From Callorhinchus milii (taxonomy: Eukaryota), in the NCBI RefSeq assembly GCF_018977255.1, contig NW_024704742.1:28522001-28582000 (forward strand): a stretch of 60,000 nucleotides of DNA, read 5' to 3'. Both the position numbers and the translations under genes were made by a program. Position 1 is the stretch's first letter; each line of letters opens with the position of its first letter. Under the pieces are notes generated by a model. The model had not been told where the DNA came from. It was given only the letters and a program-made list of their open reading frames with translations, and searched no databases. This document shows positions 49,661-60,000 of the stretch, piece by piece.

Positions 49661-51734
49661 CCGCAGGTCAGGTGAGTCAGTCAGGGGGCAGCCTTCCCTA
49701 ATAGCTGGGGAAGATCCACATAGGTCAGAGGGAGTAAATCTGCTTCGCTGACGGCAACGGAGGTCATGAAAGCTTTACGTGTCCACTTTCACCTTCAACC
49801 GCAGGTTTATTCTCATTTATATTACTGTCACAGCCTGCTTCTGAAGGCAATGGACCAAACAGTCTCACTGGCATTAATGTATGTTTACTTTCCTCATTTG
49901 CCACCAACTTCAGGGCTGCCAGTGACAGCAAAGCGAGTGCATTCCAAGAGGTAAGTTTAGCTAGTTAATCAATCTCTCTCTCTCTCTCTCTCGCTCTCTC
50001 TCCCTACCTCCTTCCAGGAATACCTATGCAGAATAAAGTTGCCATTTATCACACAAATATTTGCAAAAAAACAATGCGGTTTCAAATATCTTCGGGTTTG
50101 CAAACAAACAATTTGCCAGCTTGCGCTTTTTGTTGGGTTTAAAAGCTACGCACAAAACTGTGGGAAATTCTTAAACTCTGTCTTCAGTTGGAAGCCGGCT
50201 CTTTACAAAACAGGCCGGAATCGTCGGGACTGGCATTTTTGTGAGATCTCCTCAACAACATCAACTTCAAAAGTGAAAATTGAACTTAAGTCTCTTCCAC
50301 AAATCTGTGTGATCTTAAATCTAAAGGCAAAAATGGTCTTACTAGGTTGAAGCTGGGAGTCTGAGAATGGACCTATTGAAATCATTACATTAAACAGAGG
50401 ACTGAAAGAATCCATTTGTCTACTAAAACCCTTTAAACAGATTAGTTCCTTCCAGCACCTTTACCTTACATTGAATAGCGTTAGCCTCATGATGAAAACC
50501 ACTCTCAATGATCATTGTTAACAGCTTGAAGAATTCGCACATGAACGCTGTTGTGAAGCCCCCATTTAACACTCAGATGACCTTTCCCACTGGGACTTTG
50601 CAGAGTATGAGAGCTGCTGAATGTATCTGTTAATTTAACCCTGTTGTTATTCCAGCAAATTCATCCAAAGGTGGGATGCATTCAGCAGTTTAAGGGGTGG
50701 GTGGTGGCAGAGGAGGTGGACAAGTAATATTTGGAACAGAAATGTATAACTCATGGCACCTGTTAGTTGATATGCATCAACTCTGACCCGTAGGAAAGAT
50801 ATTCCAAAGGGCCCAAACTACACCGAAAATGTAAACTACGAGACTTCCCACTGGTTGTCATGACATACATCCTGTTATAATAAATAATAATCATCCTTGC
50901 CGTGATAAGGAACTATATCAAATAATTATATATTATTATTATCTAACACATTAATTAGCATGGTGTCAAGACGTCTCCAAGGACTTCACAGGATTTTGCT
51001 GTGAAGTGTAGTGTATGTGTATTTGTGACACAAACGTGACACCAACTTGTGACTGGAAATGGCTCCAAAACAACCATGTTTGCCAGGACTCTGGACAAAA
51101 CTCCCTTTTCTTTTGCAGCAACGCCCTGGGATCTTTAACACCTGCCAGAACAGACCAGGTAGACGGGGCTTTGGATTAACATCTCATCCAACGTTACCAG
51201 CAACTGTCACAAAACGCAACTTCCTGTCCTGAATATTGTGTTTCAGACCTCAGCCCGTTGCTCTCGAACCCACATCCTCCTTGTGCTTCTGTCAGAACCT
51301 TCAGACACACGGTTCCTGAGAGTGCTGCCACTAGTAACTTTTATTGTTGCGCTCATTCTGTATTTCAAATTAATCGCTCGGGGCGAAGCCCTATTCTGCT
51401 CTTTAAATGGAGTGATTTATTTCCTCTTCTCTTGTGTAAGAAACAAATGTAAATGCAATTTTAAATTATCAATAACATAGCATTATAAAATGTAATTATG
51501 CATATAGAGCAGCATTACAGTTATTTATAAGAGCAATCACACAGGAAGAAACAATTGCCAAAGTTATTGCAGGCAGCAGAAGAACACTTGACCCGCATCA
51601 ACAAATGTGCTTTTAAAGCAGGATGAGTCTCTTTGTGTCAAACAAAATGGAATAGCTGAAGCCAGGACCATGTAGGTGGCTGGTCAATTTCATTATGTGT
51701 GCAAATATGACTCCCTACTTCTCCAGACTTGCAA

Positions 51735-52107
51735 GTGTCAGTCTGGCTCAATTGGTAGACTCTTGTCTCTGAGTCAGAAGGCTGTGGAATCAAACCCTAC
51801 ATTGGGACTTCGAACTCTGATAGTCTAGACTGACACTACTTGTTGGAGATGCCGTCCTTCGAATGAGTTGCTAAACCAACGTCTCGTCTTCCTGTTCAGG
51901 TAGGCGTAAAAGCGAAGAAAGTTTCTTCCAGTGTCCTGGCCAACAATCCCCAAATAAAAGTGATGATTCATTTCATGGCTGTTAGTGAGACATTGCTGTG
52001 CGGAAATTCGCTGCCGCATTCGTCCACAAAATAAACTGTCACTATACTTCATGCTTGAGACATCTCAACAATGTAATGAGGCTCTATATCAAATAGCAAG
52101 GATTATT
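51735..52107 (+). mobile_element. Full-length Deu-domain SINE
   Basis: gtgtcagtctggctcaattggtagactcttgtctctgagtcagaaggctgtgg head, gatgccgtccttcgaatgag core, tail. Confidence 0.9.
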
Positions 52108-52123
52108 AATCAGCAAACTAGAG

Positions 52124-52335
52124 GGGTAAAGTTCTACATATTAACGTAGGATTTCAGAGCAAACAGAATTTGGCAAATTCTTAAATACAGCCTTCATATT
52201 TTCAAGCTGTTTTTCTGTATATTCTTTTAAGAACTACAGAAAAGCAACTTCAAAAAAAACAGATTGAATTCAAATTGAAATTTGCCAAATTTTGGACACT
52301 CTGAAATTCGACATTAATAGAAAAAATCTAGACCC
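52124..52335. repeat. Imperfect palindrome of about 210 bp, MITE-like
   Basis: attaacgtaggatttcagagcaaacagaatttggcaaatt pairs with aatttgccaaattttggacactctgaaattcgacattaat; inner ttttctgta/tacagaaaa. Confidence 0.75.
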
Positions 52336-53204
52336 AGGTAAAATTTTGCACCAAAGATGTTATGGGCAGAGCACATGAATTGATTGCACCAAGCATTCTG
52401 TTTTCCTTTTATCCTCTAGAGCTTTGGACAAAATATGAGAGAGATCTTATGCTCAACAAGCCTTGTGCAGTAAAGGTGATGTCATTTCAGCGCTGTTTGG
52501 TTTATTTGAGAGTTGCCCAGCTCAACAGCATAAGGTACTGGAGTCCTTTCATTTAAAGCCAAGCTCCAGGCTCAACACTCTCTTCTGCTTAATAAACCAA
52601 ACATCCCTTCAATATCTACTTCTCAGCACCAAATCGCTTGTATCATTTCATTTTCCAGTAAAATCGGGTTCCCAGTAGTTGCTTTCCAAATATTGAAAGT
52701 GGATATTGATTCCTGTGGCTAAATCATTACAGTGGCTACCTTTTGTTATCAGATGTTAATGTCACCGCTGGCTGATATTACACAGAAAACTCTCCTCTTC
52801 TGTTTTAAGTACATATTTTTCTTTCACAACGTCTCACCTAGCTGCACGCCAGCCATTAACAAGCACTTGAACATCCTTTGATTAATCACTGGGTTTTATA
52901 AGACACTATTTTTCTGCAATTTCCAAATTGTAATAATCTCGCCTGTATACATTACTGACAGTTATAATTTTCCTATCAATTGTAGCTGGCAACGAGCAGG
53001 CAGGGGAACAATTTTAACCAGTGACATGAGGCTTCCAATGATTTTGCTAAATCAGTAAGTAGCTGCCGCAGTAAATGGAAAATATTCCTTTTGAAACCTG
53101 GTTCTCCTTGTGTGGCTGAAGTGAATAAAATAAGCTATTGCCACAAACTAGCTTGTGGAGAGTCACTCAGTCGAAAGAAAGCTGGTGTATAAGAGTAAGC
53201 ACAA

Positions 53205-55100
53205 ATAATAACAATAATTCCTTTTGTATTGCTTATTGCACCTATAACATCAAAACATCTCAAAACAATTCACAGGGAATCACTGCAAATTATAGTGACT
53301 GCATTTGTAGGTGAACCCAGCAGCCAATTTGTGCACAGCAATATCCACACAGAGCCATTAAGTAAATGACCGATTTTATCAGGAGCATTATTAACCAGGT
53401 CCCCGTGAGAAACTCCCTTCTCTTTTCAAATATCATAAGTGTCATGGTCTTTAATGTCCACTTGAGCAGGTAGGAAGGGACCTTGGCTTAATTTTTAATT
53501 AATCTCAGGTGATAAATTGTTTCCTCGACAAAGTTGTTTTTCGAAATGATGTCACTTACAGGTTCTCATCTTACAAGCTATCTATAGTGTTTAATTATAA
53601 TGTAATTAAATATAATGTGTCAGCTGGACTCTATATAAAGTATCAGTCGGGCTCAGGTGGTAGCATTCTTGCCTCTGCGTCAAAAGATTGTGAGTTTAAG
53701 TCACACATCAGGATCTTGAACTCATGGTCTAGGCTGACACTCCAATGCAGTGCAGAGAAGAGTCCCTCATTGATTGAGATGCTGTTGTACAATAAAACTT
53801 TAACCTTCTCTTTTTCCATCTGCCTGTTCAGGTTTTCATTAAAGTTCCCATGGCCTGTCCAATGATCCCCAGGTAAAAAAAAATGTCATTCACTTCATGA
53901 CTGTTTGTGGAACATTACTGTTCAAATTGTTAATAATAATAATAAACCTTGCATTTGATAGCACCTTATCATATCATATTCACTGCCTCTGCTAACAAAA
54001 TACAGTCTCTAAACTTTATAGAAAACTCTGTGTTTTGAGATGGTTTGATGTGATAACAACAACAACTTCCATTTATATAGTGCCCTTCATGCAGGATAGC
54101 TTATTAGTGCAGCACTGTATCAAATGGAAGGATTATTATTATCATAATTTCGCCACTAAATTGTGAATCAGTCACTCTGGGGTATCATATGTCACCTTGA
54201 CTCCCCTTAAACCATGACCAGCAAGTAATGGTGGGTTATTTTGGGGCCATCGCAGCCTAGGCCAATCCTGCCCTCATCTTACATTAATTTACACAAGGTT
54301 ATGACTAGATACTAATCAGGAGCAAAAACTCCTATCCTCTTTCTTGCCCAGGGCCACTGTAGCATCCCTCCTACTTCCATCGATCTCAGATAAAAAGTAA
54401 AAGGCCACTTGATACCAAAAAGTTCAAAGCACTTCATGCCATGGGTCATTTTGTGCGTTTCTTTTTATCTAAAACAGCAACACAAAATTACATTTATATT
54501 GTGCCTTTCACGTCGGTAGGACACCCCAATCTAATCAACATCAACAGTTTATCTAGGCAAGGAAGTTCACACAAATAGCAATGAGATGAGTGACCAATGA
54601 ACAAGTGAACAACATTGGCCGTAGTACACATAGAGGTTCTTCCACCGCTTCAGAATTGTTCCATGAGATTTTTAAGATTCAACTGATCCACCAGGGCAGG
54701 CATACGGGATCTCAATTTCAAGCCTTATCTAAAGACAGCAAATCCTACAATGCAGATTCCCCCAGGACAGCACTGGTACATCAGACGAAATTATGAACTC
54801 AAATCCTAGTACAAGGCTTCAACTGCCAACCTAGAGACAAAATGCTATCATTTAAGTCAGACTGACAATCCAAGGCCCATTTCTCAGTCAGGTTTCCTTA
54901 CTCCACATACCTCTGTACGTATTGGCTGCTGCATTTTGCTTACGAAAAATAAAGTCATTTCACTTTAAAATATATTCTTTATGCTTTACAGTATATCACA
55001 AAGACATGATAAGTCACTATTATCAAATGCAAGGATTATTATTATTCTGTGAAGTGCTTCGAAACATCTCAACAACATGATAAGGCACTATATCACATTA
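53205..55100. mobile_element. SINE cluster: Deu-SINE minus (53205-53490), Deu-SINE plus (53643-54145), third-family fragment minus (54170-54390), Deu-SINE minus (54475-54868), tRNA-SINE remnants plus (54890-55100)
   Basis: Each segment matches better-preserved copies elsewhere in the window. Confidence 0.75.
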
Positions 55101-56844
55101 TTATTATTATTATTATTATTATATTTAAGAGCCTGTCAGATAGTTTTCTGCATTTCTAAAACATAGCAGAGCTTCAGTCAGCAGGAGGATGCAGTGGAAA
55201 AGCAAGGATTCCTCAATGTAAATAAAGTACAATTCTCTAACAATATTATTTCCCTCAATATCTAGAGGGAGTACTTTAAACAGAAAGTGCTCCCCCAGGT
55301 TTTCTATTCATTTTAACTTTCAGGCTCCCTGAGTATTTGTTAAAATATAGAACCAATTACTCAGTGGAGCGTTATAAATGGGATTATTCAAAATAAATAA
55401 ATTGTTCCTGATAAAACCTAATCACTTGAGACATATTTAGTGGTAAGTACTTTTTGCTCCCAGCGTTTAACCCTACACTGATGTTCTCCTCAAATACTGG
55501 TAGATGTTTGGAGTCCAGTCTTTTCCTTTAAGTTACAGGCACTGTTCAAAGAGATAATGCGTGACTCTCAGTTCTCTTAATTCGAGGTTCATTTTACATT
55601 GTAAAACTGATGATCCATTCTGCTCTGGTGCCTTATGCTGCCCAGGCCATCCTGTAGCTCCAGAGTGTTTCCAACCCAAAGTGTCCCACAGGGACAATAA
55701 CATCAGTTAACACCATGCAGATGGTGATTTGGTCTGTAAAGCAATTAATGGGCCTTAATGGTGCAGTGTAGCACAGTGAGAAAAGGGAGTGGTGGGGGTG
55801 GGGTGGGGGAGAGATGCAAGAAGAAGCAATCACTTACATCTTTTTCTTCTCTTGTCACTTTCGTGCACTTTTGCCTAGAAAACAGTCACTACAGTGGACA
55901 GTAATTAATTGTGTAGGTCTGTGAGATGCTACAGCATGACAAGCTGGTTTAAAAAAAACATGCAAATTTGTTTTAAAAGGCAGCGGAGCTCAGCACATAT
56001 TCTCGGATGTACCTGTGCACCGCTCCGTTACACTTGCTTGAGTCCTGAGTGACAGTGATGCAGGGCCACCACAGTATGTATTTGGCAATGCCTTTCATAT
56101 GGTCCTGACTGACCACGTGCCTGTTTTAAAATACGGTTGTTCCTAAAGGCCGTGACATTATCAGAATAATCTTCAAGCAAGGAACTGAAGACAGTGGATG
56201 GAAACCAGCTCTGGATAAATATCAGGAATCAATTTCCCTCGCTTGAGAAATGATACCATTGTCTGATTCAGCGCATGAACATATTCACTTTACACCAGTC
56301 TTTGAGGCAGGCGGCTCATTGCCTTGTGTAGTTAAACTTTAAGGGCATTGTTGTAATCTGTTGGTGGTATTGATTTTCAAGACCATGCTTTCGCGGTTAC
56401 ATAAGAGCACATTGTTACAATTGGAAAAGTAACCCTATCCAGAAAAGGTCAGGATATAGAACGTCCGTTGGTCTCCCCACATTTCCCCTTGTCACAGAAG
56501 ATGTGATCAGATGTCAGTCTGTGTCTGCACACTTTCTGGTAAGAGAGAATTGTAAAATGAGATTGTCTGTTTCCCGAAATCAGTCAGTGGATACACCCAA
56601 GACACTCTAGTACCACACAAAAATAAACACACTCACAGATTGCTATCTGATGGCCTGCAGTTCAGCTTCAGTAACAGTAAAGGCTTTGGAATAATAAAAA
56701 TGTTCAGTATGGACAGAGTAATGATATTAATAGTAATAATAATCCTTGCATTTGATATAGTGCCTTATCATGTTCTCGCAATGTCTCAAAGGGCATCACA
56801 GGATTTATTGTAAATTGTAGCAACTGTGTTGAAGGTGAACACCG

Positions 56845-57530
56845 CAATACATATGAGAGAGGTTTGGGCCATAATAAATGAAGCCACCAGACACTAATGA
56901 TGGCACAGAGGGACTAGAGATGTGCAGTAGGTCTGGGTTAGCGAGTGTAGGGGTGAACATAAGAAATAGGAGTAGGAGCAGGCCATTTCGGCCCCTCAAG
57001 CCTGCCCCACCATTTAATAAGATCACGGCTTATCTTTTTACCTAATTCTATTTCTCCACCCTATCCCCATATCCCTTAATCCCTTTAGTTTTTAAAAATC
57101 TATCGATCTCAGTCTTGAATATGTTCAATGACTGAGCATCCACAGCCTTCTGGAGTAGAGAATTCCATAAATTCACTACCCTCTGACTGAAGAAATGTTT
57201 TCTCAAGTCAGTTCTAAAGGGCTGACCTTTAATCCTGAGACTATGACCCCTAGTTTTAGATTCTCCAACCGGGGAAACAGTCTCACACTATCTACCCTGT
57301 CAAGACCCTTAAGAATCTTATAGGTTTCTATAGGATCACTTCTAATTCTTCTATATTCTAGAGAATATATGTGAGGGGGATAGGAAAAGCTTGGGAATTG
57401 TACGTGAAGTTGAGGACTTTGAAGTCAATCTGTTGGGAGATAGGGGTATCATAGAGCTTGGTGAGGGTTGGGTGATGAGAGTGCGGAGTTTGGTGCAGGT
57501 TAGGATCCGGGCAATGGAGTCTTGAATCAG
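56845..57530 (-). mobile_element. L2 ORF2 C-terminal fragment split by a CR1 insertion
   Basis: 57370-57530 encodes LIQDSIARILTCTKLRTLITQPSPS..IDFKVL-like L2 sequence on the minus strand; 56845-56955 continues it (GGFIYYGPNL). Confidence 0.7.
56956..57368 (-). mobile_element. CR1 LINE 3' end (about 410 bp), well preserved
   Basis: aacataagaaataggag...ggccatttcggcccctcaagcctgc; gaattccataaattcactaccctctgactgaagaaa (FFSQRVVNLWNSL on the minus strand). Confidence 0.93.
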
Positions 57531-58589
57531 ATGAACAGGGGGACCTGGACCTCAGTTTAACACCTCAGCCGCAGGATGGTACCTCTGACAATGCAGTGTG
57601 TCCCTTGCATTGCACTGGAGCATCAGACTAAAACCTATGAGCTCAAAGTCATGACTTCAGTCTTGAACCCACTACATTCCTATAATTCCTATTCTAGACT
57701 TTGAAAATTTCTAGAGTTGGACCTTATTACTGTATTATATATGATTATGTTCCTTTCCTATTCCTCACCCCTGTTATTTCACACCAGTGTTAATGTCAAT
57801 AACAATTCTCACACGTGAAAGCCTCATTCACTCTCTGTTACTGCATTTGACATACCAATTTGAGCTTTCATTTATTGTTCCCCTTCCCAATCCGCTTAAC
57901 TCTTACCCACAGCTTGAGTGTCCATCCAGTGCTGTGAAGCATTTTGAGATGTCTTCCCGATGTGAATAGTGATGTATCAATGTAAAATGTATTGCATTAT
58001 ATTGTATGTCTGCATTTACACTTTGGGTGGTTAAGTGCATGGTGTGTCTTTCCATTCCAGGTAAACTAAAAATTTCATGCATGTAATGAACTCTCAACAG
58101 TTTGGTTTGGATACTCTTCAGCAAGGTGATCGGTTTCCATATTGTATTGACACATGAGAAAAAAATGCTACATTGTTTCAATTATAGATGCTTTAAAATG
58201 GGTTTATCATCAAACCTTGAACTTTCCTGATTTCTATAGTTCAGCTCTTCACTGAAAGTTTGACTTTTTGTACAAACAATAAAATGCTGTATCAGGCAAC
58301 TAACAATGCAATTGATCTCAAATGCTAGTCACTGTCGGAATATAAAAAGAAGTTAAAATAAATTTTATGAATTCAACCTTTGCAACAATTTTCTTTTGCA
58401 CATGGCAATACTAACGAAAGATAGTAAATGGAAATGTTATACGCGGCACTGGGTTGAAATGTTCNAAAAAAACTTAACATGCACACTGTGTTCATGAAAT
58501 GTGAGCATCCCACAATTGAAAAATGCATTTTATTATTAATAATAATGTACTGCCTCTGATACTCTATCTTTTATATAATATAAATATAG

Positions 58590-58745
58590 TTTCTACACCA
58601 GAACAGGGAAGGTTAACAAGGGAGATAATGGAGGTACTCAAAATTCTGAAATGTTCCGAGAGCTAGATAGCAAAACATTATTCTTGCTGATTATTAGATC
58701 GGAAACAAGCGGACAATGATTCACTGGAAGAGTTAAGGAGAAGGT
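58590..58745 (+). mobile_element. CR1 ORF2 fragment
   Basis: aggttaacaagggagataatggaggtactcaaaattctgaaa (RL...MEVLKILK-like). Confidence 0.6.
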
Positions 58746-59000
58746 TAAAAGAAGCTCACCACCCAATCCCTCACCACCCAATGTTCACTTGGACACTGAG
58801 CAAGGGGTCCTGGCAAGCAATCGCTTAACTTTTTCTCATTAACCCAGGCTATTAAGAATGAATTTAGGCTGCTTTGCGCAACTGGCTGCCACATTTCACC
58901 CAAAAAATAGGCAGTATTTACAGTATATTCTTTGAAGCACTTTAGATGTCTCAGTGACACGATAAGGCACTATATCAAACGCAAGGATTATTACTTGGTT

Positions 59001-59318
59001 CATTGACTCCCCATTCACTGACAGATCTAATTCACAATCTCATCTTCAAATCCCTCCATGGTCTTGCCTTATTCTACCTCCACAGCCTACTTCATCTCTA
59101 CCAACCCATGCCCTTTGTTGAGCGAACACTGGCCTGCTTCATTTTCACTGCCCTATCCACCATCAGAGGGGCGGCTTTCAGTCATCTTTCCACTCCCCAT
59201 CTTTCTTGACTCCCGGCCCCAGCTCGGGTGCCCAGTCAGCAGTGTTGAGCATTTTGAGATATTCTTCTGATGTGAAAAGTGTTACATCTAATGTAAAGAT
59301 TATTTATTATATTATTAT
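59001..59318 (+). mobile_element. L2 LINE 3' fragment
   Basis: LIFKSLHGLALFYLHSLLHLYQP and IRGAAFS motifs, then cccagctcgggtgcc and a stem-loop tail with (ATT)n. Confidence 0.85.
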
Positions 59319-60000
59319 TTCCTCTTAATAGTTTTTTTTATATACAATTCAAATAGAATGGTTTGTCATGTTTCCAACCCATTCATGTGGACAGGGAGTA
59401 TATCAGCTTTGACCAAACCTACAACTCTTGTTTCCATTACCCTGTAGCTGTGGCACAGCTATGAAGAACATGTTAAATGCTATCATTGGAGTCAGACTGA
59501 CAATGCATGTAATGAACTCTCAGCAGTTTGGTTTGGATACTCTTAAGCACGGTGAGAGTGGCATCATTTTAAAGATGTTTTCCTAATTGGCATTCATGTA
59601 TCTTATACTGCCATTGTTTATACATACCGCTGTCGCTTTTGTTGTCTGATGTCAGTCATGGAGCCTGCAGACTCTTGTGCTTTCAGCTCCGTGCCTTGGG
59701 AGACATCTTATTTGTTCTCACCTTTCAGCTGTTGCTTCTTAAAACCAAATCCAGGAGGATTTGTAATTGTGTCTCTGGAGGAAGATGTTTCACTGTGTAG
59801 AGGCAGAGGGAGGCCACTGAACATCTGAGGTGCTTGATAAACATGATCTCAGCCGGTGAAAACTAAAATCATTCAAAGTAAAGATCATTGTCTTTCAGCG
59901 TATGGGATATACGGGAAAATTGAATTGGCATTTCCAACATGTTGAATCCCTTTATACCAACAAACCTTTGCCAGAGACATATATATGAATATACTACATT

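Noticed and set aside
59448..59551. Exon-like segment CGTAMKNMLNAIIGVRLTMHVMNSQQFGLDTLKH with an apparent duplicate exon at 58061-58125
   Set aside because: The shared half is a dispersed repeat also present at 37267 and 40910, and the 58061 copy has an in-frame stop; not called as CDS

Overview
AT-rich vertebrate genomic DNA, almost certainly from a cartilaginous fish. The repeat content suggests a holocephalan such as Callorhinchus; this is an inference from recalled repeat families, not a database result. It is not prokaryotic: there are no operons, CRISPR arrays or long genuine ORFs, and the longest ORFs (48804-49496) are minisatellite artefacts. The window is mostly intronic or intergenic and saturated with retroposons. 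These include a young tRNA-Ala-headed SINE, many Deu-domain (SacSINE1/AmnSINE1-like) SINEs, a third tRNA-headed SINE-like family, and decayed CR1 and L2 LINE fragments, some nested. Other features are two minisatellites, microsatellites, several 100-210 bp imperfect palindromes, a decayed 28S rRNA fragment, an inverted dimer resembling a Penelope-type hammerhead repeat, and a four-copy dispersed repeat I cannot name. I recognise no gene with confidence. The best coding candidates are two frame-compatible minus-strand exons (23064-23130 and 17783-18004) and a plus-strand microexon (34436-34456). I cannot support a claim of a new biological system; the findings are leads. Repeat boundaries are approximate, read by eye.
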